From NCBI RefSeq assembly GCF_963921235.1, contig NC_086108.1, forward strand, positions 88,104,001 through 88,168,000: a stretch of DNA of 64,000 nucleotides, given 5' to 3'. This DNA is from Mobula hypostoma. Its lineage: Eukaryota. Under the pieces are notes generated by a model. It was not told where the DNA came from, made no database searches, and worked only from the letters and a program-made list of their open reading frames with translations. The translations under genes were made by a program, and so were the position numbers. Positions 1 through 11,920 of the stretch are shown here, piece after piece; within the stretch, counting starts at the first letter, position 1, and each line of letters starts with the position of its first letter.

Positions 1-249
1 CACTGAGCTTCATATCATTAACAATTTTAGATGAATTACACATAATTCCTCTCATACAAATACTTACATAGGATGGGAACAGATATGACTCCAGTAAAAA
101 TCCATACAGTGCCCCCTTATTCACAACCTTCTAATTTACAAATGACCCATTTATGTTTACTCTGTTTTCTGTCTGGGAAATTAATCACTTATCTACACCA
201 GTATCCTAATCTCAATACTCTGTCCTCCAACTTTGCTTAATAATCTCGT

Positions 250-720
250 GTAATTACTAAAATTTCCCCAAAATTCCAAAAGAACCCCACATAAATTGGT
301 TTAAACTCAGCTGTACTGCTCGTTACTACATTCAGGCAAGTCAGATTTGATTTTCCTTTCACAAATCTGTTAACTCTCCTCATTCCTATCATTATGTTCT
401 ACAAATCCTTTCACCATTTCCTTCATAATAGATTCCAGCATTTCCCTACTACTGATGGCTACTGATTGGTCTATAAGTTTGTATTTTCTCCCACCTTCCC
501 TGCTGTTGTTACCTTTAAATTTGTGGGAACCATTCTAGAATCAAAATAATTTTGGAAGATGACAACTAGTGTCTGTATTACCTCAACCCAACTCCTCAAA
601 GGCTAGTATACAGGTCATCACGTCCTGGGAATTTATCAGCTTTCAGTTCCACCAATTCCTCCAATATTAAGTTTTACTAATCTTTGAAATCCTCATTCAT
701 TCTAGACCTGTGGTTCCCAA
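250..720 (-). mobile_element. Old CR1 LINE fragment (RT region)
   Basis: Degenerate tttccctactactgat...ggtctataa and ggaaccattctagaatc resemble the CR1 copies at 37.9-38.1 kb and 57.4-57.5 kb. Confidence 0.5.
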
Positions 721-2022
721 CTAGTAAGCTTTTTGTGTGAATCCTGATGCAGAGTTCTGACCTGAAACTTTGACAGTTCCTTCCCCCACACCCCACAGAT
801 GTTGCTTGGCCCTCTGAGTTTCTCAGGCAGATTATGTGCAGCTCCAGATTCTGCCCATCTGCAGTCCCTTGTATCTCCAAACTTCCTGTGTGCACTTCCA
901 TGCAGTCAGACAAAAATATTTGTTTCATTCCTCTTCACATTTCATGCTCAGGTTTGGTCAACCCAAGGAAGGAAATACTTATGACTGACGGTGCGCAACA
1001 AAGATTAATTAAGATTGATCCTTGGCTTAAATGGCTTGTTGTATGACTTGGAAGACATATAGGTTAAGCATACAGGGTTTAAAGTTTGATGATCTTATCT
1101 ATGCTGCTAGTTACAATGTTTTGATTAGTTAAATCTGTTTTTCTTTTCATAAACTTATTTTAATAGCTGAGTGTAGATGGACCAAAAAGCAAGTTAAAAA
1201 CAAATGATCTGAAATATAAATGAAAGGAAAAAATGCAAATGTTCTGTTATGGACAATTATTTTAAAGTATCAGATGTAGATTACTAATGCAGCATCTATT
1301 GACAGTTAACCTGTTGACTTTGCAGATTTTGTCATTTGTTTACCTATTGCTGCAATATTAGCCAGCGTTATAGAGAACACATTGTTCAGCATGTGGGAGA
1401 GGACAGGTAACTAGGAAATAACTGAGAAAGGGACTGATGGGTATGCTCCAATGGACTCCATAGAGCAAATGGGTTTCTGGGATATATGGAAATATGAGAC
1501 CTATCATAGATTAGATGACTGAGAAGAAACCAAGCAAAGTCTGAATCTGAGGGATTATCTTGCATTTGGGGTTGATGTGACAAGGCTTGGGGCTCATGAT
1601 GCAGGAAAACAAAACCACCGAAAACTACAGGTGAGTGTGTGAAAGATTTTAAAAAAAGTGAGATTAAGATAGGATTAGAGTAAAATGAGCTGTTAATGAT
1701 TGGTGTGGATTTAATGGAACAAAGAGCCTGATTCCATGCTCTTGTGGCTTTGTGACTCGAACTCTCCGCAGTCTTATTACTATATTATGTAAAAACTTTA
1801 TACAGGGCTTGAAAAGGTATGTGCAACAATGATTTCTTTTCTTGCGGCTGTTTTGAAAAACTCCTTGAAAAATATATAAATGGAGCACTTTTGTTCATAC
1901 AGTTGAACCCAAAAATATAAAAACTTTTAATCATAATCATTCCTGACCTGTGAGCAACCCAGTCTTTATTGGCTGAAAACAGTTTTTTAACAAATATAGA
2001 GAACTACGTTGTAAATAATTAC

Positions 2023-2270
2023 GGGGGCAGCATGGTAGTGTAGTGGTTAGCACAACAGGTTACAGCACAGGAGACCTGGGTTCAATTCCCATCACTGCCT
2101 GTAAGGAGTTTGTGCTCCAGTGTCCTCCTACAGTCCAAAGACCTACCAGTTGATTTGTCATTGTAAATTGCCTCATGATTAGGCTAGGATTAAATTGGGG
2201 ATTGCCTGGTGGCGTGGATCCAAAGGGCCAGAAAGGCTGATACCACACTGTCTCAATATATAAAATAAAA
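2023..2270 (+). mobile_element. tRNA-derived SINE (V-SINE/HE1-like)
   Basis: A-box tggtagtgtagtgg, B-box ggttcaattcc, core ...gtaaggagtttg...cagtccaaagac, LINE-like tail and A-rich end. Confidence 0.75.
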
Positions 2271-3496
2271 AAAATACAGAAACTGTATGCAGTTTTATAA
2301 ATTATAAAGGGCATTTAAATTATCTTTCACACCATTCTCTGTAAACTCTATAGTCTACTGTGCATGAAAATCCCAGGAGATCAACAGTTTTGGAGCTACT
2401 TAAAGCACCTCATCTGGTTCCAATCATTCCATGGTCAAAGTCACTGCTATCACCATTCTTCCCCATTCTGATGTCTAGTCTGAACAACAACCGAATCTCT
2501 TGACCATGTCTACATGCATTTAAGTAGAGTTGCTGCTGCGTGATTGGCTGATTAGATATTTGCATTAATGAGGTGTATTGGTGTACCTAATAAAGTGGCA
2601 ACTGAGTGGAAGTGCAGGGAAAAAAAAACTATTGGAGAAATCAGAGGTTCAGGCAGCATCTTCGGAGGAAAATGGACAGTCAACATATCAGGTTGAGACC
2701 TGTGCATTGTCGTGGGTAGATCCACAGCTTTGTTCATACTTCAACTGTTTCTCCAGCCTCTAGCAGCCTCTGTCATTGAAAGTATGAAAAACCTGTGAAC
2801 AGTCCTGTTGTTAATTTCACCAACCACCATGAGGCTATCAGCATTACACGGAACTTCTGCAATATTCAACTAAAGGAGACCTTAAAAGGAGTGCAGTACT
2901 GTATTGGCATTACTATATTAATCGTTTTTGCAACTTTAAACTTATTAAAAATCAGATTTTATCCAACTTAATCAAAGGAAAACTGTTTAAACAATTAGCT
3001 TTTATTAAACATGATTTTATTTAAAATGTTAAATTCAGTTTTCTTGTACTATGAAAGAAATAGCAAGCCTAGGGATAGGTACCTCACATGGTCTCGTCCA
3101 TCATTTACATAAAACTCCTATCTTTATGAAATATACTAATTTATTCAATTATAACATTTGGGCATCACCAAGAGGCCAGCGTTTACCGACCATCCCAAAT
3201 CTCCCATGAACTTAATGGCAATCCAAACTGTCTTTAGGGCAGATAAAAAATAAACCATTTTGTTCTGGGTCTGGTGTCACAAATAAGCTAAAGTTTATAG
3301 GAACTGGTAGCCCAGATGAGTTTTTATAGATGACAATTCTGGTTTTAAAATTCTAGAGTTTATTTAATTAACTTATTTTAAATTCCTCTGCTGCCCTGTT
3401 GAGATTTGAGCTCATGTTTCTTGATCGTCTGTCTAGTTTCGATAGGGCTACTGGACCAAATATGCTGCCGTTTGCCAAATTCAAGAAGAAACTTAC

Positions 3497-3652
3497 CTCG
3501 GACTATAAGTCTGAAGAAGGCACCTTGTAGAATATTGCCACTGAGTACTGTTGTGCTATAAACACAGGTGTGAGATGAACTCGCATTTTCAAACTCCAAG
3601 GGAACAGTCCCATTTTTTATTTCATTGGTGTGGATTGTACTCACGTAGCTAC
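3497..3652 (-). CDS. TIE1: TIE1 exon 4 (C-half of Ig2)
   Basis: Acceptor cttgttttcttag, donor gtaagt; 156 nt, phase 1-1; GSYVSTIHTNEIKNGTVPLEFENASSSHTCVYSTTVLSGNILQGAFFRLIVR, starting GSY and ending AFFRLIVR as in TIE1. Confidence 0.92.
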
Positions 3653-3799
3653 CTAAGAAAACAAGATGTCACACACTGTGAGACATCGCTCCAGAATTTC
3701 ATCAAGAAAAATGTAAATAGGAACAAGGAGACAGAATCAGAAAGGCAAATGTACAATTATTTAGAAATGCAGGAATCGGCTGAAATTAGAAATCTAAGG

Positions 3800-4090
3800 T
3801 TGACTCCAATTCCTCTTTCAGCCCTTTACCTTTTCCATTTATCACCTCCCAGCTTTTCACGTCACTCCACCCACCGCACCCATCCACCCACTTTCTCCCT
3901 CACTGCTTTCACCTATCACCTGCCAGCTTGTACTCCTTCCCCTTCCCCCACCTCCTTATTCGGGCTTCTTCCCCCTTCCAGTCCCGATGAAGGGTCTCGG
4001 CCCAAGACGCCGACTCTTTATTCCCCTCTATAGACACTGCCTAACCAGCTGCGTTCCTCCAGCATTTTGTGTACGTTGCTAAGATTCCTG
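3800..4090 (+). mobile_element. Penelope-like pseudo-LTR fragment
   Basis: Pyrimidine-rich tract then cagtcccgatgaagggtctcggccc...ctgcgttcctccagcatttt, shared with the other PLE ends here. Confidence 0.75.
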
Positions 4091-4389
4091 TAGCTCTCTT
4101 TCTACTATATTGGGTGGTACATATCACCAGTAATAAGAGACAATCTCTTTTAATTGTTCTAAAAGAGATTGATAAACCAGTGCCTACTCTCAAGAATGCA
4201 ACACCTATCACATGCTACATGTTGACATGTCATGCCTCATTACTGCATTCATAATTACCGTCCAAACTCCACACAGGCATGCCCCTCGTGCAGACATCAA
4301 GCTGAGCTCCTTCCAACACCTTCAGCAGGGCACTCACTCCTGCAGGAAAGTCCGACAATGAAGCAAACAGGAAGGTTCAAGTCACTCAC

Positions 4390-4500
4390 CATTGCATTTC
4401 AACATGACATCCTCGTTTAACAAATTCTGCTTCTGCACTTGAAGGAAAGCAGTTTCGCCCCTGTTCACTGTGGTTGTGAGTCTGTTAGGGTAGAAATCAG
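4390..4500 (-). CDS. TIE1: TIE1 exon 3 (N-half of Ig2)
   Basis: Acceptor ctctgactttccag, donor gtgagt; 111 nt, phase 1-1; ADFYPNRLTTTVNRGETAFLQVQKQNLLNEDVMLKCN aligns without gaps to recalled TIE1 AHLLPDKVTHTVNKGDTAVLSARVHKEKQTDVIWKSN. Confidence 0.92.
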
Positions 4501-5851
4501 CTGGAAAGTCAGAGCAAAACAACTTTAATACCAAAGTAACGAGTGGAAAGTTTAGAGAATGACAAGTTTCATTTCATATATGTTTTAACACTACAAAATC
4601 TACCAAGATATTTCAACGGAGCAATATCAAATCTGGCACAGTCACAGAATGAAATAACATTGAATCAGACCAAAAGCTTGTTGAAAAGATGGGTTCAAGA
4701 GGCAGCCTCAAAAAGAGGAAGGAGAGATACAGAGGTTAAGAAGTGCATTCTACAATTTAGGGCCATAATGTTCGAAGGAAAGGCCATTGATGAAGGACTC
4801 TGGGAAAGATCAAGAGCTTGAAAGGGAAGGAAGTATTTTGGTTTGAGCACTGAAGAAGATAACAGGCTTTGTGGGGGTGGTTAGTCTATTGAGGAACTTG
4901 AAAAGTGAAGATTTTTAATTCGAGTAGGTGTTTAATGAGAACCAAATATAGATCATGAAGCTTGGAGTAGAAGAGCGACCACAATGGTATTGAAGATGTT
5001 GTCAGGTAGGGAAATTTCAGAAGCTTCCAAATACTGACACATTCAAAGAATGTGAGGGGTAGTTACAAAATGTAAAACAACTTGAGGCGGAGAAGGAGTT
5101 AGCAAATATAGACACCATTAGTGAGGGAGGCTCGGGGATTACCTGCAATGGACAGATGATTTGTAGAATTTAGGAAAATATCAAGCATTGGCACACCTAC
5201 AAATGGGATTAGGAAATTCCCAGACACACCTCATGAAGTCAAAGAAACCTAGCAACAGTCATTAGACAGTTTACCAAACAATGACCTACCTCATGGTGGA
5301 ATTACCAAACACTGGCATATTAGCAATGAAGGTGATGGAGAAATGAACACAGCAACATTTTGTGATAGAGTTACAGAGCTAACTAGTCATGGGGGTAGGG
5401 AGTTACCACACACTGGTACACCTAGCAAAAGAAGTGCGGAAGTTTGCAAACACAGGCTCTGCTGGTTATATTGGTTAATCTTTTACCAAACGTAGTTAGT
5501 GATGTCCTCGGTTTGCTTATGAAATTTGGTTCTGAAGAAGTTGTTCAACAAAATCTGAAAGTATTATAGTGCTGCCTCCTCACCGTTCTAGTGACATATG
5601 ATCCTGACCTTTGGTACTGTCTCTATGGAGTTTGCACATTCTCTCTTTGATTATGTTTATTATGGTTGTTCATGTTTCTTTGCATATCCCAAAGATATGT
5701 CCACTGTAAATGACCCCTTAATGGGGACATGTAGCAGCAAAATGAAAGAGCAGCTTTACGGCATATGAGGCAAAATAAGGCAGGAGTGCAAGGAAAGACT
5801 GAGACTGATGGGATTGCTCTGCTGGGAACCGGAACAAAGCAGATGTAGAAC

Positions 5852-6217
5852 AATTTGACAAGGTGCCACACCTCAGGCTGCTTAACAAGATACAAGCCCA
5901 TGGTATTACAGGAAAGACTCCAGCATGGATAAAGCAGTGGCTGATTGGCTGGAGGCAAAGAGTGGGAATGAAGGGAGCCTTTTCTGGCTGGCTGCTGGTG
6001 ACTTTAGTGTTCCACAGAGGTCTGGTTGGGACCAATTCTTTTTATATTGTAAGTCAATGATTTGGATGATGGAATTGATGGCTTTTTTTGCAAAGTTTGC
6101 AGATGATACGAAGATAGGTAGAGGGGCAGGTAGTTTTGTGAAAGTAGAGAGGCTACAGAAGGACTTAGATTAGGAGAATAGACAAAAAAATGGCAGATGG
6201 AATACAGTGTTGGAACA
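5852..6217 (+). mobile_element. CR1 LINE RT fragment
   Basis: Translates to VPHLRLLNKIQAHGI...RQRVG and KFADDTKIG (CR1 RT). Confidence 0.85.
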
Positions 6218-7336
6218 ATGCACAACACGCTGGAGGAACTCAGGTTGGGCAGCATCCGTGGAAATGAACAGTCAACGTTTCGGGCTGAGACCCTTCGTCA
6301 GGACTGAAGAGGGAGGGGGCAGGGGCCCTATAAAGAAGGTGGGGGGGAGGGTGGGAAGGAGAAGGCTGGTAGGTGCCAGGTGAAAAACCAGTAAGGGGAA
6401 AGATCAAGGGGTGGGGGAGGGGATAGGCAGGAAAGGTGAAGAAGGAATAGGGGAAATCACAATGGGTAGTAGAAGGAGGCAGAACCATGAGGGAGGTATT
6501 AGGCAGCTGGAGGAGGGGACAGAGTGAAACTGGGATGGGGGAAGGGAGGGGAAGGGAATTACCGGAAGTTGGAGAATTCAATGTTCATTCCAGGGGCTGG
6601 AGACTATCCAGATGGTACATGAGGTGTTGCTCCTCCAACCTGAGTTTGGCCTCATCATGGCAGTACAGGAGGCCATGTATGGACATATCTGAATGGGAAT
6701 GTGAAGTAGAGTTGAAGTGGGTGGCAACCCGGATGCTCCCAGGATGAGGCTTTCTGTTCCAGGACATCTCAAATGTCCTCTTTCTTCGTGGTTTCCCTTC
6801 TAACGTCATCAATGATGCCCTCACCCGCATCTCCTCCATTTCCCGCACTTCGGCCCTCACCCCATCCTCCCGTCACCACAACAGGGACAGAGTTCCCCTT
6901 GTCCTCAACTACCACCCCACCGGCCTCTGGATCCAGCACATTATCCTTCGCAACTTCTGACACCTTCAACAGGACCCCACCACTAAGCACATCTTTCCCT
7001 CTCTACCCAGCTCCACTTTCTGCAGGGATCGTTCCCTCTGCGACTCCTGGTCCACACGTCCCTCTCCATGGATCTCCCACCCACCACTTATCCCTGTAAG
7101 CGCAAGTGCTCTACCTGTCCCTACACCTCCTCCCATGCCACCATTCAGGGCCCCAAACAGTCCTTCCAGGTGAGGCAACACTTCACTTGTGAGCCTTTTG
7201 GGGTCATTTATTGCATCCGGTGCTCCCGGTGCGGCCTCCTCTACATCAGTGAGACCCGACGCAGATTGGGGGACCGCTTCATCGAGCACCTCCGCTCCGT
7301 CCGCCACAACAGATAGGATCTCCCAGTTGCCACCCA
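6218..7336. mobile_element. Penelope-like element with internal inversion
   Basis: Minus part 6218-6730: pLTR + GIY-YIG C-terminus (VATHFNSTSHSHSDMSIHGLL...RLEEQHL); plus part 6733-7336: CEPFGVIYCIRCSRCGLLYISETRRRLGDRFIEH. Confidence 0.9.
6269..6306 (-). ncRNA. Minimal hammerhead ribozyme motif (PLE pLTR), intact core
   Basis: cagtc-CTGACGA-a-gggt ctca gccc-GAAA-c-GTT-gactg: stem I cagtc/gactg, stem II gggt/gccc, NUH = GUU. Confidence 0.75.
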
Positions 7337-8564
7337 TGAGGAAATGGCAGAGCAGACTCGATGGGCCAAATGGCCTAATTCTGCTCCTGGAGCAGAATTC
7401 TGAAGAGGTTGAGGTTTCTCCTCATACATGAGATGGTTATGGTGTTGAGTGGAGGGTTTTGCCAGGGTTTGTAGCGGGCAGATTCATTAGCAGCATTCAA
7501 AAGAGAGCTGGATTAAAATCTGGAAAAAAATAGGTTTCTCAGGCCTTGTGAAGGGAATAGAGAAATAGAATTAGGATTTCTCATACAAAGAGCTGGTACG
7601 ACATTGATAGCTTTTCATTTGTAATCATTCTGTGATTCTGAAATACTGCCACAAAGGCTTTGTGAGTTAAATACCAGCCTGCTTAAATGCAATCCAGTTT
7701 ATTCTGTCTGTGCTTCCTGCTGCCTTGGGAAAGTAACCAACAGTCAAAGACACCTCCCATCCCAGTCATTCTCTCTCCTCCCCCTCATTGGGCAGAAGAA
7801 GCAGAGACATCTCCCACCCCAGTTATTTTCTCTTCTCCCTTCCCTTTTGGGCAGAAGATACAGAAGGCTGAAAGAAAAATGCCCTACCATGCTAAAGGGC
7901 AACTTCTGTCTGTGTTATGGACTGTTGTATGGGCCTCTAATATGATAAACGTGAATTCTTGCTCTCTCATTCAGCCAAGTCTTGGGGCTTGCAGTTAACT
8001 TGTCCACCTGAACTACAGTTTTTCTGTAACAGCAACAGGTATTGCTACATCCTGCATTGTTATTGCTTTTGCCTTTATAATGCCTCGATGTATATACGTC
8101 TGCCTGGATGGCATGCAAAACGAAGTTTTTCAATCTTTCTTGGTACATATGAAAATAACAACCCATTTACCAATTACTGGATGCCAATCAGACGGCTTCC
8201 TTATGGTTCAATGTTTTATTTTGTCAAGCTGTATGAGGTCATTAAATTACTGTGGGGGAAACTGGTTGTGGGAGGGGGTACAGAGCAGGGAGTAAATGGA
8301 TAGGCAGCTTGCTATTAAAGAATTCTAATATCTGCAATGAAATTGAATTTCAGATGTTAAGCATGAAGTAATCATCATATTATTACATTTGTTGAGTGAC
8401 CCTCCAGACAAATCTCGACTTTAGGCTGTGATTTTCATGAGTGATTTTGGTGTCTAACTCATTTCTGCTCTTTGGTGAAATTGAAGGTTCTGGCAAGAAA
8501 ACTAAAATTGAAGGTGGTTGTCAGCAAATTCATCCCTGGTTCACAGCACTTAACTAACTAGGCC

Positions 8565-8870
8565 GTCTGGTGGTCGAGCCACTGGCTGACAGTGCCAGAA
8601 ACCAGGGTTGAACCCTGACCTCGGGTACTGTCTGTGTGGAGCATGCATATTCTTCATAAGACTGTGTGTGTTTCCTACAGGATGTTCCAGGTTTCTCTCA
8701 TGTTCCAGTGAGGTACAGATGGAAAAGCTAAATAGCCCCTGAGTGTGCAGGCAAATGGTAGAATCTGGTGGGAGTTGATGAGAAGGTAAATTGACTTAAA
8801 AACTGGGATTAATCTAGGATTAGAATATCTAGGTGCTGGATGGTTGACAGGCCAAGGGGCCTTGTTGCAT
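8565..8870 (+). mobile_element. Decayed tRNA/V-domain SINE
   Basis: B-box-like gggttgaaccc then tgtctgtgtggagcatgcatattct...tgttccaggtttctctca. Confidence 0.6.
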
Positions 8871-9013
8871 GCTGAACTTCTCTCAGAGCCTAACGAGACA
8901 GTCACGTACTCATGCACTCATGCCGAATGCAAAACAATGGTGTAGCATATTGGCTCCAGCAACAAGATTAATATCACCCCTGTTTTTGTCATGTCAGTGA
9001 TTGTAAAGACTAC

Positions 9014-9307
9014 CTTTAACGCTGTTAATAATTGTCACAACATGTGTTTTCTCCATTTGCCGTCTTGCTTCACAGTAGTAGATGCCCATCTGTTCCCATT
9101 CCTTACAGAAGCATCTCCCCAGAACACGATTGTGCTTCTTCGGGTCTCGGTTATAGTGAAACTTGTTTTGAGTCACTTTAATTATCGAACTATCCTTTTC
9201 CATTTTAAGTTCCAATCCATCTGGGTGACGCTCACCAGACACACAAGAGAGGGGAAACTCATTCTTAGAATTGAGGTCGGTGATTAGGTAGACGTCTAAA
9301 ATTGCTC
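9014..9307 (-). CDS. TIE1: TIE1 exon 2 (Ig-like domain 1)
   Basis: Acceptor tttctttttccttcattcag; 294 nt, phase 1-1; GAILDVYLITDLNSKNEFPLSCVSGERHPDGLELKMEKDSSIIKV...MGIYYCEARRQMEKTHVVTIINSVK, matching TIE1 motifs CVSGE, LEKD..I and G.(F/Y).C; donor AAG|gtagtc. Confidence 0.9.
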
Positions 9308-9429
9308 CTGAATGAAGGAAAAAGAAACACAGAACAGAATAATTTTAGAATCTGAAATTCACCCCAAAGTTCTTTGGAATTTCAGATCCTATACTGTATA
9401 CACACACTCTGATATAAATGTACCTTTGA

Positions 9430-11920
9430 ACAGAGTCATAGAACTCTACAGCACAGAACAGACCTTCTAGCCCATCTAGGCCATGCCAAACTCGTAATTT
9501 ACCTATCCCAATCTGCAGTTGGACCATAGCCCTTCATACCTCCCCTATCTAAATTTCTCTTAAATTTTGAAATCGTAATCTAATTCCCCACTTCCACTGG
9601 CAGCTCATTCTACACGCTCCCCTGTCTCCGAGTGAAGAAGTTCCCCCTTAAGCAGTTCACCTTTCACCCTTACCCCATGACCTCTAGCTCTAATCACACC
9701 CAACCTCAGTGGAAAAAAGCCAGTTTATGTTTACACTATCCACAGTAATCCCCTTATTATTTTGAACACCTCTATCAAATCTCCTTTCATTCTCCTACAA
9801 TCTAGAGCACAAAGTTCTAACCTACAACTCAGGTCCTCAAGATTGGGCAATGATTTTCTAAATTTTCTCTGCACTCTTTCAATCTTATTGATATCTTTCC
9901 TGTAGAACTGCATGCAATACTTCAAATTAGGCCTCACCAATGTCTTGTACAATTTCAACATAACATCCCAACTCAGTACATTGATTAATGAAAGCCAAAG
10001 TGTCAAGAGCTTTCTTTATGATGTTATCTAGTTGTGACATCACTTTCAAGGAATCACGGCTCTGTATTCCCAGATCCCTCTGTTCTACTGCATTTCTTAG
10101 TGCCCTACTGCTTACCATGCAAGACCCACCCTGATGGGTCCTCCCAAAGTGCGACGCCTCAAACTTGTCTGCATTAAGTTCTATCTGCCATTTTTTAGCT
10201 CATTTTTCCAGTTGCTCCAGATCCTGCTGCAAGCTTTGATAGTCTTCCTCACTGTTCACTACACCCCCAATCTTGGTGCCATCTGCAAATTTGCTGATCC
10301 AGTTTTCTACGTTTTCATCCAGATCACAAACAACAACGGACCTAGCACCTATCTCTGCAGCACTCCACCAGTCACAGGTCTCCAGACAGAGAGGCAACCA
10401 TCTACTACCACTCCCTGGCTTCTCCTGCGAAACCAATGTTTAATCCAACTCACTGTGAATGCCTAGCAACTGAACTTTTTGACCAACGTTCCATGCAGCA
10501 CCTTGTCAAAGGCCTCGATAAAATCCCTGTAGACAACATCCACTGCTTTGCCTTCGTCCACTTTCCTGGTAATTTCCTCGAAAAACTCTGTAAGATTGGT
10601 TAGACACAATTTACACAAAGTTATGTTGACTATCCTTATTCAGTCTCTGTCTATCCAAATACTTATACACCAGGTCCTTTAGAATACCTTTCAATAACTT
10701 ACCTACTACTAACGTCAGGTTCACTGGCCTATAATTTCCTCACTTATTCTTAAGGATTTATTTGAATAATGAAACAACATTAGCTATCTCCCAATCCTCC
10801 AGCGCCTCAACCAGCAGTAAGGACATTTTAAATATCTCTGCTAGAGCTCCTTCAATTTTTGCACTAGCCTCCCACAGGGTGCAAGAGAACACCTTGTCAG
10901 GCCCTTGCTATCTTTTTTGCTCTTAGTATCTCAGTAAAGCCCTACGGATTCTCCTTCATCTTGTCTACTAGAACAACCTCACGCCTTCTTTTAATCCTCC
11001 TGATCTCCTTCATAAGTGTTGTCTTCCATTTCTTATACTCCTCAAGTACCTTATTTGCTCCTTCCTGCATATACCTGCTATGCATCTTGTTTTTCTTAAC
11101 CAGGGTTTTAATATCTCTTGAAAAACAAGGTTCCCTAAACCCATTGTCCTTGTCCTTTATTCTGACATAAACAAGCAAACCATGTACTCTCAAAATTTCA
11201 TTTTTGAACGCCTCCCACTTATCAAGTACTGTACGTCTTTGTCAGAAAACAACCTGTCCCAGTCCACCCTTGCCAGATCGCATTTCATATCATCAAAATG
11301 GGCCTTTCTTCAATTTAGGATCTCAACCCAAAGATCAGGCCCATCCTTCTCCATAATTATCTTGAAGCTAATATCAGTATGATCACTAGATGCAAAGTGT
11401 TCCCCTACACAAACTGCTGTCACATGCCATCTTATTCCCAAAAAGGAAATCGCACTCTCTCTTGTTGGGACCTCCATGTGTTGATTCAGGAAGCTTTCCT
11501 GGACACATTTGGCAAACTCTATCCCACCCAGCCCTTTTACAGTAAGCGGGTCTCAGTCAATATGTGGAAAGTTAAAATGACCTACTATTACAAACCTTAC
11601 CTCCTCGCAACAGTCTGTGATCTCTCTACAAATTTGCTCCTCTAAATCCCGCAGACTGTTGGGTGGTCTATAATAATATCCCATTCATGTGGACATCCCT
11701 TTCTTAGTCCTCACTTACACCCATAATACCTCACTAGACGAGTTTTTCAGTCTGTCCTAACGGAGCACTGCCGTGACATTTTCCCTGACTAGTAACCTCA
11801 CCCCTCCTCCTTTAATCCCTCTTGCTATCACGTCTAGAGCAACGGGTTTCCAGAACACTGATCTGCCAGTCCTGCCCCTTCTGCAACCAAATCTGACTAA
11901 TGGCTACAATATCATAATTC
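9430..11920 (-). mobile_element. CR1 LINE, decayed ORF2 (APE + RT + 3' tail)
   Basis: Fragments ISKFADGTKIGGVVNSEEDYQSLQQDL, LYKTLVRPNL, IERVQRKF, KMKENP; CR1 tail near 9430-9480. Confidence 0.9.

Noticed and set aside
2023..2095. tRNA gene
   Set aside because: A and B boxes present but no cloverleaf, and it continues into a SINE core and LINE-like tail
1..3496. TIE1 exon 5 (first EGF repeat)
   Set aside because: No Cys-rich C...WG..C exon with splice sites found by eye; presumably left of the window
3551..4033. 160-aa plus-strand ORF
   Set aside because: Antisense to exon 4 and running into a PLE pLTR; the SPDEGSRPKT peptide is just the hammerhead cassette translated
4362..4375. FOX:ETS-like motif caaacaggaag near exon 3
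   Set aside because: Single short match expected by chance; no conservation data
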